From the NCBI GenBank assembly GCA_029953675.1, contig JAMWBK010000005.1:558001-622000 (forward strand): 64,000 bases of DNA, written 5' to 3'. The notes under the pieces were generated by a model. That model searched no databases, was not told the DNA's origin, and saw only the letters and a list, made by a program, of their open reading frames with translations. How positions within the stretch are numbered: the first letter of the stretch is position 1; every line of letters starts with the position of its first letter. Shown here piece after piece: positions 47,120 to 59,041 of this stretch. This stretch comes from Rhodosorus marinus CCMP1338. Taxonomy: Eukaryota > Plantae > Rhodophyta. Position numbers and translations under genes: made by a program.

Positions 47120-48019
47120 TCAACAACGCCTGGACTCAGTCTGCAATCCCGGTCGCACTGCCAGTCCCATCGAAGCGTCAATCACAGCACCATGGAACAT
47201 CTTTGAAGCTGGACTTGTTGACAAATAGAAAATGTTCTCTGCGACATGTGTCGGGGAAATGAGGACTCCTTTAGGCATACCCGCAATAAAGCTATCCGGA
47301 TCGTCGAGTTGGCTCAGTGTACTCTTCTGGAACATTTCAGTCTCAGTCGCTCCAGGTGAAATACAGAAAATATCTACATTACTGTGTACGTTATCGGCGG
47401 CAAGATGCTTGGAAAGATAAGCAACTGCAGCCTTTGACATTAGATCCGCGGCGTGATACTCGGGGAAGACCGCGGCTGATCCTCCACCAACAGAACCGAC
47501 GAAGACAACAACTGTTCTTTCCTCCTGTTTCCGCAACGGAATGAGACCACGGCTCACCCACAAGGGTCCCAACGAATTCACTCTCATTAAAGCCGTATCC
47601 TTCTCAAACTCAGTTGCACCCTCTCCACAGTATGAGTCTACGGTCGCAGACCCCAGGGCTGCGTTGTTAATAATAACATCCACGTGAGGCACTTCAGCGT
47701 CCTCCAACCAAACTTTGGTCTCAGCAACAAACTCGCTAACGCTCTTTTCGTCACCCTGGTCTAGTCGAACCGCCGTCACGTGCACATATTTACTTTTCAA
47801 AGCAGCCACCCCGTCGAGGTTCCTTAGATAAGTAAACAAAACCCTATGCCCTTCCCGCGCGAATTCCTCGACAATGGCCTTTCCAATCCCCGAGCTTCCA
47901 CCAGTGACCACAACATTCAACCTTCTCGCAAAAACCATCGACTCCGGTGTGTCCGGACCTCTCGAGGACAATCTCGAGGAAAAACTCGATGTACTCGCGA
48001 GATCTAGTCGCTCATTCAT
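47120..48019 (-). CDS. Short-chain dehydrogenase/reductase, intronless, non-canonical active site
   Basis: VVTGGSSGIGKAI (TGxxxGIG), IINNAALG, VNSLG, FVGSVGG, ADLMSKAAV, ISPGATETEM, GAVIDASMG. One uninterrupted ORF. Confidence 0.9.
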   Translation of the reverse strand: MNERLDLASTSSFSSRLSSRGPDTPESMVFARRLNVVVTGGSSGIGKAIVEEFAREGHRVLFTYLRNLDGVAALKSKYVHVTAVRLDQGDEKSVSEFVAETKVWLEDAEVPHVDVIINNAALGSATVDSYCGEGATEFEKDTALMRVNSLGPLWVSRGLIPLRKQEERTVVVFVGSVGGGSAAVFPEYHAADLMSKAAVAYLSKHLAADNVHSNVDIFCISPGATETEMFQKSTLSQLDDPDSFIAGMPKGVLISPTHVAENIFYLSTSPASKMFHGAVIDASMGLAVRPGLQTESRRC

Positions 48020-51000
48020 CTTCAACCAAACCCAATTCCCAAACCAGACGATAACTTCAAAAGCCCTCCCCAACGTGTTTATACAACGCAGCACCACGGA
48101 ACACCCAAAAGCAAAACTCCGAAAACAACAATGTCCTACAATGTAACTCCACTCGACACCCAAAAGCGAAAAACTCGTAAAAACAAGTGCCCTCACTCAA
48201 GAAAGGATATTATGCCCTCCTTACCACAGGTCATCTCAGGTACTCCACCTTTCTCACTCCTCCCCCACAACCCCTCCTTCCTATTTCGGAACTGAAGACC
48301 TGCTTATAGACTCTTTCGTCCAAGCCCTCCTTTCTGACAATTTATCTGTCCTTTTCTTCCTTTTTTTCCGCGACACAAGTCAAACAGGAAACTCTCCTCC
48401 GTTTCCTCTTGCAAGGAACAAGCAAAAAAAAAAAAATAATATATTGAAATTGAACCATTCGGATTTGGGAGAAAAAATTTGTGTAATTGTGTACCATTTC
48501 CATATAAAAACAAATATAAAAAAGGAAAATGGCAGAGCATTATTAAAGACAGCAAATGGGCTACACTTTTCCTGAAGACGAGACAGAAAAAGGGGGGGGG
48601 TTGAGGGGGTTAGGTGTTTTCGGTCGTTGGGAGAAAGCTACTAAATGAGTTTTGTTTTTAGCACGCTATGGCTTCTTTTCATGGGAATCGTGTTCCACCC
48701 GCTTTACCCCTTGTTTGAAGCGAATATCAATATATAGAAGTACAAAACTAAATTTTGAACGTGGTTAATATCATGCCAACTATTCGCCAAAACAGTTGGT
48801 ACTTACAAAAAACTTTTTAAAAACAACAAAAGCTTTTATCCGGGAAAAATAAGTTTTCTTTCACCTACACTGGACGGGGATTATTTGCCCACAATTTTTC
48901 CTGTGTTTTCGAAAAAATAGGTCCAACAATGAAGAAACAATTGGCCGACCACCAAAGAGCTCGTTGGGGGGGGGGAGGGAGGGCTTGGGCGGCCTTCCAA
49001 ACAAACTTCTCTAGATAATGCATTGCAACTGAATTTAGAAGATAAAAGGAGCCTATATTTCTTAAATTAGACTATTTAAGAACAAGAATTCTATATCTGT
49101 TCATGTCAGATACAGTTCCTGACAAGTCCAACCGAAGACGGCAACCGATGCCGTCAAATGAAACTCTTCTCAAAAACCAAAATAAATCGTTCTTACTTCG
49201 CCATTTTGTTTCGGTAATCCAATCAACTATCGCGGATATGACGTAGGTTGTCCCGATGATATAAAACCTAAGGGAATACTACTTTTAACCGAGGACGTCT
49301 AAAGTCCCTACCTCCACTCCTGTGTGGCTATCTGAAAAAGTGAATATTACATGTGATGGCTCCAGACCCTGACACTCTTCTTTTCGTCCATATTACGATC
49401 AGTAGTTCAATTGATGTGGGGGGGGGGGAGAGGGTTCATTGGGCACGTCAATGAATTTTGTTACTATTTTTGTTTGGTTTTATTAAGTTTTTCGGTTCAC
49501 GAACAGGAAGCTTTGGCCAAGAAAAAATACCCCCCTAAAACTTTCCCGTCGGTCCTTCTTTCATGGAGGGGGTGCATTAATGACCTCTGTTTGTTTTGTT
49601 TTGGCCTTCTTTCCCACTGCGTCCAAAAGCCTTTTTTTTATTGAATTTGTTTTATGAAAACGGCCGATTAACTGGCGTTGTATCCATTAGCGAAAACAAG
49701 ACCTTACGGAAGAGAGTGGACTCGGAGATTGGTGTTCTAAAAAAGGGGGGGAAATGGGGTTCATCAGAATAATTTTTTTTGTTGGAATGGGCAGTTCTAT
49801 TGCGCAAGCGGTGACGAAGAGGTGTGGAGGGGGGGGAGGGGGGGAGGGGACAATTCAACGTAGTGCCTCATTTCGAGAAAACTACTACTACTAAAGAAGT
49901 TTTCTTTTCAGCCCACTGTAGAAAGCTGTATACGGGCATGAACGTATCATTTTCCCCCTACCCATCAACAAGAGTAAGCCTCCCTCTGGTTGTGAACAGG
50001 AAGTGTGTCCGCTGTGATTGCTTTGGAAGGTATTTGGCTTGTCGATAGGAAAAAGTTCTCCTCGGCGTGACTGTATATGTCTCTTTTCGCCAAGCAAAGC
50101 GAAAAATTGCTTTGAAATCGAGGTGGTTGAAAGGCCTGCCACCCGCTTGTACGCCTTGGTCCGCTTGCCAAAGTCCTGAGCACGTAGCCTATTTCCATCT
50201 ACGTGTTTCCTCTGCAAGCGATGGGCTCTCTCTCTCTCTTGAACGAGACCACTCAACGGGCAAGTGTTTCTTGAATTCTTTCTTCTTCGAGGCCGAGCGA
50301 AGCGCATCAATACGGCAAGAGTGTGAGTTGAGTGTGGGAGAGTTGCTAGGTTTTGAATAACTCTTTTAACTTGTGAAGCGAAAATTATCCTTGTAGTGTT
50401 TGAGGGAATGATGCGCCCGCTCACTGTCAGGTTACACTTGCTCATACAGAAGATGGGGAATCCTGAAATCTCGATTCGAAACAACTGCTCCTGAGGAAGC
50501 GCGAGTTTGCGTAAGGGGAAAGAAAGTCAAATACTGAGGGAATGACCCAGGACAGCAGGACCGAGGACCAAGGACCCCCCTCTCCCCTCCCCCCCCCCGC
50601 CCGGATTCCGGCCCCCAGCATCTGCCACAAATGGCAAAGGGGCATCGATTTGGGAAAACGGCCGTCAAGCCGTCCAGCTAATGCCATATAGTAGTTGCGG
50701 TGTGCAGGTTTCCATGATTGGCTGCTTTGACGCAGGTCCATAGGTAAGTTTGCAAGATGGAGCGACCGCCCTGATCGTCGTTGCCTAGAGTGAACAAAAC
50801 TTGACAGTACCAACACGGGCCACCCCTCCCTTCCTAGTGCACCTCATTCGGGGATTTCAACCCCCGATTAAAACAACCCATCCGATGACGGGAAGTTGAA
50901 CGAAGCTCCGCTGATTTGCCTATTAAATTGAATAAGCGAACGTCGCAAAACTTCAAGTTGAGGAATGGAGCGGCCACTGTGGAGGAGTTGGGCTAAACAA

Positions 51001-51858
51001 CCCTGTCCACCTTCCCTCGACCGAAAGAAATCAATATCGTCCATTTTCGTTTTCCTCATCTATTCGAGTAAATTGAATACGTACTAAAATAATCAAAAAA
51101 ATCAAATTCAGCTTCCAGAGACATGTCCTAGTAAACCACTCAAAAAAACGGAATTTAAATCTACCAAAGGAATTTTTCTGACCTCATTGTCGTGTTTTGT
51201 GTAAATCGCTTTTCATGGCCATGAGAATTCTTCGTTCAAAACGGAACATTGGGAATGCTTGCTGAGATAAGAAGGAGAGCTACTGGTTGAAGACAAAAAA
51301 ACAATTATTTTTATCTCGACTTTCTAAAGGGGATGTTCTAGTTGTGAACAATACAATACGGAGGGAGGGGGGGTGGCATTGTAAACCCCTGAGATGCCGT
51401 ACCCGTGAATTCCGAGGTTCGAATTTATGTATAATTTAGTAAGTTTTCGTATCTTAATGAGATATTTAATAGGGGCGGGGGAAGTGAGTATTGTAAAAGC
51501 AGTACTATTCAGTATTATTATTGAAAAATTGGGTTTGAGACTATTGAGCCGCGGTAAAACTTTGGCAGTGTTCGCACCCGGCGCTTTTGGGCGCCATTCG
51601 GGGGGTGGCTTTTCGTTGACACTGCCTTCGCTGCCGCTCTTGGCTGTAATCAATTGGGACGCGATTGGAATCAACTCGAATAGGGCTTTAGTTGGGTACT
51701 CGAAGAGGAAGCGCAATTGATTCGTCTACTATATAGAAGAAGAGAGTGGCGCTAAGCTGTGAGTCCATGAATGCAGGGGTCATCTTGCAAAGTTTCCGCG
51801 TAAGCTTTTCCCTAGATAGTAGTAGCACTAGAGATACGCTGCAGTAGGCAGCTGCCCA

Positions 51859-52170
51859 GTAAAGTTTACGGTTACCGTGACGGTCTTGCAAATCGTAGGG
51901 ACGGAAGGAATAGCGAAGCACGGGCGACACTAAACCGGTCCTTATGGAAAGGGAATGCACTACTTGCCAAGCAGGCGCGCCGAATTGACGAAGTGAACGA
52001 TGAAGGGGGATCATCCCTGTAGTAGAACATAGCAACACAACCCGTTAGGGGTTTTTTAGCGCGTACATAGACTCCTTATTTCCTCCTGACGGGCTCCACT
52101 AGGGGGTCCTATAGTAAAGCGTTCAGGGTTACCTTGACGGTCTAGCAAATCGTAAGGACGGGAGGAATAG
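51859..52170. repeat. ~55-bp direct repeat, two copies ~255 bp apart
   Basis: GGTTACCxTGACGGTCTxGCAAATCGTAxGGACGGxAGGAATAG within 51859-51913 and 52114-52170. Confidence 0.8.
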
Positions 52171-53860
52171 TAAATTTATTTATGCGAAACGGGGTAACCC
52201 TTTGCGTGTACCCACTTCTCGATTTACGGAGATATGGCAACGTATCAGGCCGAGGAAGAGAAAAACCTCAAGAAAGAGAGAAAAGGAGTTGGAAAGTGCG
52301 TGGAGACAGATCGCGCTTGTGAGGCGCTGGCGCAGTTTTTATAGGTCACAAGGACATTGTGGCGGCGTTGCTGAATCCTCGATGAAAATCGTGTGGAGTA
52401 AGCAATCCCTTCATATCCCAAAAAGCCATCCGAGCATTGAAAAGTTAGACAAATGCCCCATATCTAAGATGGGCTGCGGCATACCACAACCGCCCCCGCT
52501 TGACGTGGGAGTTGGTTTGGTTGCAGAAGGAAGGTGAGCAGCTCGCCGGGCTGGGCCTTGAGAAAAGCTGTTGCTTCTCAAGGAGGTCCAGCTCTGCACT
52601 GAGTTCCAGCTCAGATATGCATGCTCCACGAAGTTTTATCATATCGCATTGGGGCTGATCGCTTCAACGAGGCACGCCTTATTGAGCCCCAGGCCCACTT
52701 TACCATATCACATCCCCACTCGCGGCCGGTCATATTCGATTCTGATTTTGAAAACCATCGCTACCGCTGCTTGCGCTACAAGATGCGTCCCAAAAAATAC
52801 AATCCATCTGGGACCTCAACACAGGCCGATTATCAGGACTTACTCGCAACGGAAGATTTCACCGGCGCGTTTTTTCACAGTGACCCGTTCATTCCAAAGT
52901 TTGCAAAAGGTCAAGGGATTGATCCTGAGAACGAACTCATTTGCATTGATAACAAGGCTCATTGATCTCTTTTTGAATAAGGTCGCTCACCTGTTCGTCG
53001 GTCTAGCGGATGATGGGACTACCGGATGATCCTGTAAGGAACGGGTCAATGCGTTGCATTCCCAAATCCCCTGGTCACCCCTTGCTGGAAAGGTCCTAGG
53101 GTAACTCGTGACGGCAGAAGTAGTCCATTTTCTGAATCTCGCAACGCAAACGCAGACTATGACGTCTCAATTACTTACTTTACGGAGCTTCGCAGTCCCT
53201 GGCGTTCTTCTCAGGCATGTGTGATCAACTCTATGTGATCACCGTGAGCGTTAAGTGCTGAGCCTTTAAAGAATTTAGGTCGTCAAATACAGCAGGAATC
53301 CAGAGGCGTGATGCTCTCGACGACTACCAGCTACGTCTGAGGTCGCGAACGGGCTGGATGCCGGGTTCAACAGGGTTTGGGACTTAACCAAAGACACATA
53401 GTCCGATCAAGGACCTGTACTACCGGCGCGTTTGGAAATCACAAATCCATCCTGCCCTGTAAAGGCGCGTGGAAAAGGACGTGCGTCTTGATCTGCGAAA
53501 GTGCAGTTCAGTCGGACATCTTCGCGGTACACCGGCAAGTTAGCCTTGGCTGCACCCTGGAACATCAAGCTGACCGCATTTCGGGCCGATGAGGTCCCAT
53601 ATTAATTCCAATCTGGCTACGCACTCTGGACTAGGCACGTATACTGATCCCCAGTACCAACAGGGTCAAGAGACCGCGCTCTATCTTGCGAGATTAGGTG
53701 ATTGCCGATTATCACATGCTCTGGATGCGTCTCAATGGCCATCGTCAAAATATCCTGCGGGCCACAAAGCTTCTCTCACTAACCTTTAATATCATAAATA
53801 ATGGCTATCCACATCATGCGAGTTCTTCACATAGTCCCGCGTTTCGGTCTTATGCACGTT

Positions 53861-54922
53861 TCAGGGTCGGTTTGGGAGTGCCATTACTTTTGCTAATTTC
53901 TTCCTCTCCATTTTTGCCAGTTTCGCACCGTACGATAGTCCGATGTACCCCGCAATATTGTTCGCTAAGTTCAAACTGTCAGCTTCAACACCTCTCTGCT
54001 CAGTATCAAAAAATGATACAACACCTTCGCATTTCCCTGAAACTGCGACTGGAACAGCAAATCCAGTTTGGATACCGTAGCGTGTTGCAGTGCCCGCGCG
54101 AATAAAAACTTCAGGGTTGCTTAGGTTGGTCAGGGTCTCTGCCGCCATGGACTTGTAGACCCTGCCGATGAGCCCCACTCCAGGTTCGAAGCTCACCTTT
54201 CGGCTCGTCTCCTTGAAAAGCTCAACTGAAGAGTAGCCGTTGTCGAAATCAGCACCAATATGCGCACCCTTCAACCTCAATCGCATCACCGAGTCAGTCC
54301 TCGTTACCGAAGTAAGCCACACCTCGGCATACTTCCATCGACGCTTCTTGCACACAAGTTTCATCATTGGGCAAAGAGCCGTGAAGAGACAGTCGGACTG
54401 CTGAACAACTCTGTCCACCCAGGAGAGCATGTTCTTGTGCGAGCTCAGAGCAACTTCCATGTCAAGCGTAATCACCGCCTGCTTGTACTCGCGAATTAGC
54501 CTAAGCGAAGTTTGTAAAATCCTGGACTTCGATTGAGGCTTAGTCGCCGTCTCGGAATCCAACGTCACAACAAGGTCCGTCAATTCCTTGAATTTGTTCC
54601 CTACATTTGCGCGATACTTCCGGGAGTGCTCCTTATGCGCCTGTTTTCTTCCAATCGGCTCGTCGCTGACAGCACTCTGTTCCTCGTCCCTAAGCCTCTT
54701 CTGCCCAATAGCTTCCTTTGAATCATCGCCACTCCCCCTGGAGGGATCACTGTCCGCGAGCAATTGCTCAACATCTGAGTTGGCATACTCAAAGTTGTTC
54801 ACCTCCAAAAACAGCGCCCGCGGATCTTGCCATTCGTTCTTGCTAGGAGCACTCTGTTCCGGAGTCTTTTCCGCGGTCGCGAAACTTACCAGCTCCATAT
54901 CGCCGAAGATTGGTTCGAACAT
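53861..54922 (-). CDS. bHLH-GAF domain transcription factor, intronless
   Basis: Basic/HLH RKQAHKEHSRKYRANVGNKFKELTDLV...PQSKSRILQTSLRLIREY. This is followed by a GAF-like region WKYAEVW...FEPGVGLIGRVY...FIRAGTATRYGIQTGFAVPV...EGVVSFF...LANNIA. Confidence 0.8.
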   Translation of the reverse strand: MFEPIFGDMELVSFATAEKTPEQSAPSKNEWQDPRALFLEVNNFEYANSDVEQLLADSDPSRGSGDDSKEAIGQKRLRDEEQSAVSDEPIGRKQAHKEHSRKYRANVGNKFKELTDLVVTLDSETATKPQSKSRILQTSLRLIREYKQAVITLDMEVALSSHKNMLSWVDRVVQQSDCLFTALCPMMKLVCKKRRWKYAEVWLTSVTRTDSVMRLRLKGAHIGADFDNGYSSVELFKETSRKVSFEPGVGLIGRVYKSMAAETLTNLSNPEVFIRAGTATRYGIQTGFAVPVAVSGKCEGVVSFFDTEQRGVEADSLNLANNIAGYIGLSYGAKLAKMERKKLAKVMALPNRP

Positions 54923-57732
54923 CTTGTCCACGATTAGGTTAGCCACCTTTAAAGACTGCAAACCTCAACCGCACCTTCCGCAAAAACACACACGCGCACC
55001 AGGGGCAAGAGCACCGCAACCAAGCCAAACCAATCCCCCTCAATCTAAGCACTCACAAACCCTCCCAATAAAAAACGAAAACCCTCCCCAAACGCAAACC
55101 AAATCAACCCGGCCTAACACAAACCTTCAACAATCCTTCTCCTTCCCCAACCCTCCCAAAACATATATCATCCCACAGCAATTCTTCTCTCCGAGCTAAC
55201 TACCGCCCGCCTTCCTCCCTCCCAACCCCTTTCGCTGCATAAAGACTAAGTTGGCTCTCCACACTCAGCCCAGCAGCCCCATCCCATCCCTTCTCTTATA
55301 TTCCTCCACCGCCTCCCCCCCCCCGCCAACCCCTCCTCCTTACCCTACAAAAACGCCCAACAAATCTGTCCATCCCCACTCCCCCTACCCATCTCCAGTC
55401 GCTCTTTACCTTTCTCAACCATACCCTTTCCAAAACAACCCCACAAATTTCGAGCTCAGCTCCGCAAGAATTTCGCCTTTTTCGAAAAACAAATCCACCC
55501 ATCGACCCCCCTTGATTGTACAACTAAAATTGTCTCTAAATAGTGACATGAATGATAGCCCGGTAATATTGTATTTGCAATATTTTATAGCATTTTCGCA
55601 TGTAAGCATGGTGGTGGGGGTTAAACAGGACACAGAAGAAAACAAAAACGAAAAAGAGTCCTTTCCGACGAAGAAAGGCATGGTCGGAGAACATGGAAAA
55701 CGAGGAAAAGAAAATTATTCATAATACATATTCATATGCTGGTCAACGAAATAAAGTGATCTTCATATGGACACGTGCTTTAAATATGTTGGTGAAAAAG
55801 TTTACAGTCTGTCCTCATGAATATTTACCGCTTCTTGGTTGGTGGATGGCTTTTGTGGCGAGCGGGGATAAGGTTGGAGAGCGAGTATCTAACTAGTTTT
55901 GGTCATTGGTCTTAAAAAACAATAATTACGTTAATATTGTTGATGAAGTTTTACCAAATCAAATATATAGAATCTTAGAATTTGAAATATATCTAGATTT
56001 AGCCTACCATGCAGTTGTCGGCATATGAAGGAGAGAAAAAAAGGGGGGGCGGGGTGACCACGGAGGGGTACATGGTTCGATTTCCACCCCTTAACCTGAT
56101 GTTTGTAGTTTTGTTTATATTAGTCAATCTTCTTTCCATGCCATTTTCCGAAATGGAGGGGCAAATCGTCTGCCCCTTCCGTAGCTTTTCTCACCCTCTA
56201 TCGTTTTATATCTAATATTGGTGAAATATTAAAGAAATATTCTTGTGTGCGTTGGGGGGGGTAGTGAGGGGGAGCTGAATATCTTGTGCAGCTTTCTGGG
56301 CTACCAAAAAAAAAAAAGCTTTTAGGAAGGTGATATAAAATAAAAATAAACAGCGACTTTTTCGGCAATAACGTAACCGTGGGTCTAAAAACAGATACGA
56401 AAAAGACAAGTTTGAAAAAAAAAGGATAAATTCTGTGGCATTTGCTGAGTGTAAGATGAGTGTTTCTCGATGTTGGAGGTGTTGGCGTTTGATGTTTGGG
56501 CGGTGAAGTGCAGCACACTTGGCCGGTAGGGCAGTGCGCATAGCGGTGAGGGGGTTATGGAGCTTTTAGGTTTTTGGGGGATGACGTCTACGTATCCGTG
56601 TCCATAGCCCAACGTTTGCCAGCAGCTTAAGCTCCTGATACTGATTCCTTATAGTTGGGCAGCTCGCGCATTTGCAAGTTTGTACATCTTACCGGAGGCC
56701 CAGTAATCTGCTTTCTTTGTCACAATATCGTAAGGCCCCAGTTCAGCCTGAGGACGATTGATCTCCGCACTTTTTGGCGTGCATGCTCGGAACAAGATGC
56801 AACCACTTCTTGAGGACTAAAACTGACATCGCGAACTGACCCGATTGGGAAGAGAGTCAAAACTCGTGCTCGTGAATTGAAGAGCGAAGTCCGACGATCC
56901 TCTTTAGAACGATCCTACCCTCGGTCCTTGGTCTTGGGAATTTGTGTGAGAATGTCCCGCATCCTCCAGAAGCCAATACGCTAGCTCTGTATATCCACTT
57001 ATGGATCTTCGGAACTGGCTTCTTCCTTCTTGAAAATCAATCAGGTTTTTGGTAGAAATTCGGCCCAAATTTTTTCCTTGTACAGTGACTGTTAGAGCAG
57101 ACAGGCAGCGAGGATCAGGGCAGCTGATTGCCCGGCAAACGGTGGGGGGTCCACGCGGAAGATTCAGGCCCAAATTGCTTCTTGCCTCATCGCTTGGAAT
57201 TCTGATTAACAGCGGGTGGCTTAAGGTAGGGACTATGGGGGCTGCAAGGAGCAAGTCTAGCTAAGGAGGTTGTCCGTGGCTCCCTCGCGGCGAGCCCAAG
57301 CACATTGCAGGCTGTCGAATTTTGGAAGAGATAAACTGCGCTTAGTGAGCTGGTTTTTCCGTTTTGTTTGCACGTTGGTGACGGTTTCCAGTTTGTAGCG
57401 CATACTGCAGAGTTTTACGTATAGATTAGTTTATGGGGGAAATTTGGAAGTCTACGATCAGGAATTGCACATGCTGCATGATCTATTGAGGTGACTGAGG
57501 TGGTCATCAGCTTCATCTAGAACTTGGTCTTGGGGAGGAGCTTTTCGTGTTGGCTCACCACTTCGACACAATGTCAGCCCTCCGTAACGCCGTCCGACGA
57601 CGATTGCTACAAAAGTCGTGACCTTCCCCCGTGCAGTTTTCAGTAGTTTTCCGAAGTCCGCGTGCCGGGCATATCCCGCGCTCCGTCCACTTAGAAGGTT
57701 TGCTCAGCGGCAGGAACCTTTTGCTTCCTGCC

Positions 57733-57777
57733 TGCGGGGACGATTGACCCGTCTGCTACGGGTCAATCGTCCCCGCA
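57733..57777. other. Perfect 20-bp inverted repeat with 5-nt loop
   Basis: TGCGGGGACGATTGACCCGT-CTGCT-ACGGGTCAATCGTCCCCGCA. Confidence 0.95.
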
Positions 57778-59041
57778 AAAGCACCAGAACAAAGGAAAAT
57801 TATCCGTCCAGCTGCTTCCGGACAATGAGAGCGAGTTGTGGAGGCCGTTGCTTTAAGGCTTGTCCTGCTCAGATTTCCTGACGTGGAAATTGCGAGAAAC
57901 ATTTCACGCGAGTGGTCAGCCATACCCTCAACAAGCTACAGTTGCTAGAGAACCATCTCGCGAACAAACACGCCTCGAGCCGCTCTATATCGCACGCCAG
58001 ACTCCATTAGAAGACCATTTCAAGAGCTCGCTACTGTCCACATGTTACCCCAACTCAAAAGGGAAGCTGTAAAGGGGTAGTTGCCGTGTCGATGTAGCAT
58101 GCACAAAACGGTGCAGCTGTTCCAAAGAGATACCGTCCTCCCATTAAAACCGGGACTTAAAGAACAAATTCACCGAATTGAGTCTGTACAAGGTGCCCTT
58201 CTTCGGCCCGTACTCCCAACTGCCGCCTCACGTTCTCTGGCTGGCACTTAAGAACCAAAATCAACACCTTCCGATACCTTTCCAACGAGCGGACCATTCG
58301 TACAATGTACTAACATTTTTGTACACCAAAATACGTTGAAGCGTAAGCTACTTGATTGGTCATCTGAGATATTGAAAAAAATGAAATTTATTGGAAATGA
58401 TTTCAGATACGATTCCTCGCGAGCTATATTAACAAACTTTAGCCTTAATCATGCGATCATCCCGGAACAAAAATAAGGGCAGCTGTCCCAATATATTGAT
58501 TAATGGAAATTAATAAGCCTGATTGAAAAGGGCATAAGGAAAAGGTACCGCTAATTTATTTCTTTTATACGATTATCTTGAATAGACAGACTATTCATAA
58601 TAATGAAAGTTCTTGGACAAGATCATGACATTGCTTCTTGGTTGGGATTCTTCAGGTGGTGAGAGTTTACCTGGATTGGAAAGGCTGGAGGAGTGAGGAG
58701 GGACGAGGGAGGTTGTAGAGGGGACTAGTTGAGGCCTTTTCTGGGATGATTATAGCTGATTAAGAGCCATAAGAGTTTTGCAGCGAGATTTTTTGTTCTC
58801 TTAAAATATTCTGTTCTTTCAGGAACGAATTACATCTGGAGTTTTTGGGCGTTTTTTTAGGGAGTGGGAAGGCGGGGGAGGGCTGTTGTTCGCGTCCGTG
58901 TTTTGCATTTGGTCGGTGAGGCCGTTGTTCGTTTTTCAAAACCGCTTGGCTTGTTCTCGTGACGCGAAGGGCGCTCCAGTGTGTGCCAGTTTTGGCAAGG
59001 CTTGTATTCTTTCCGAAGGTGCTGATAAACGAATAAAAGGT

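Noticed and set aside
56550-57100. Spliced minus-strand gene candidate
   Set aside because: Good splice sites exist, but two different frame combinations fit equally and neither is recognisable.
57571-57621. MSALRNAVRRR resembling the UTP11 N-terminus
   Set aside because: It stops after 16 codons and no downstream UTP11 motifs (e.g. GLLEKKKDY) were found.
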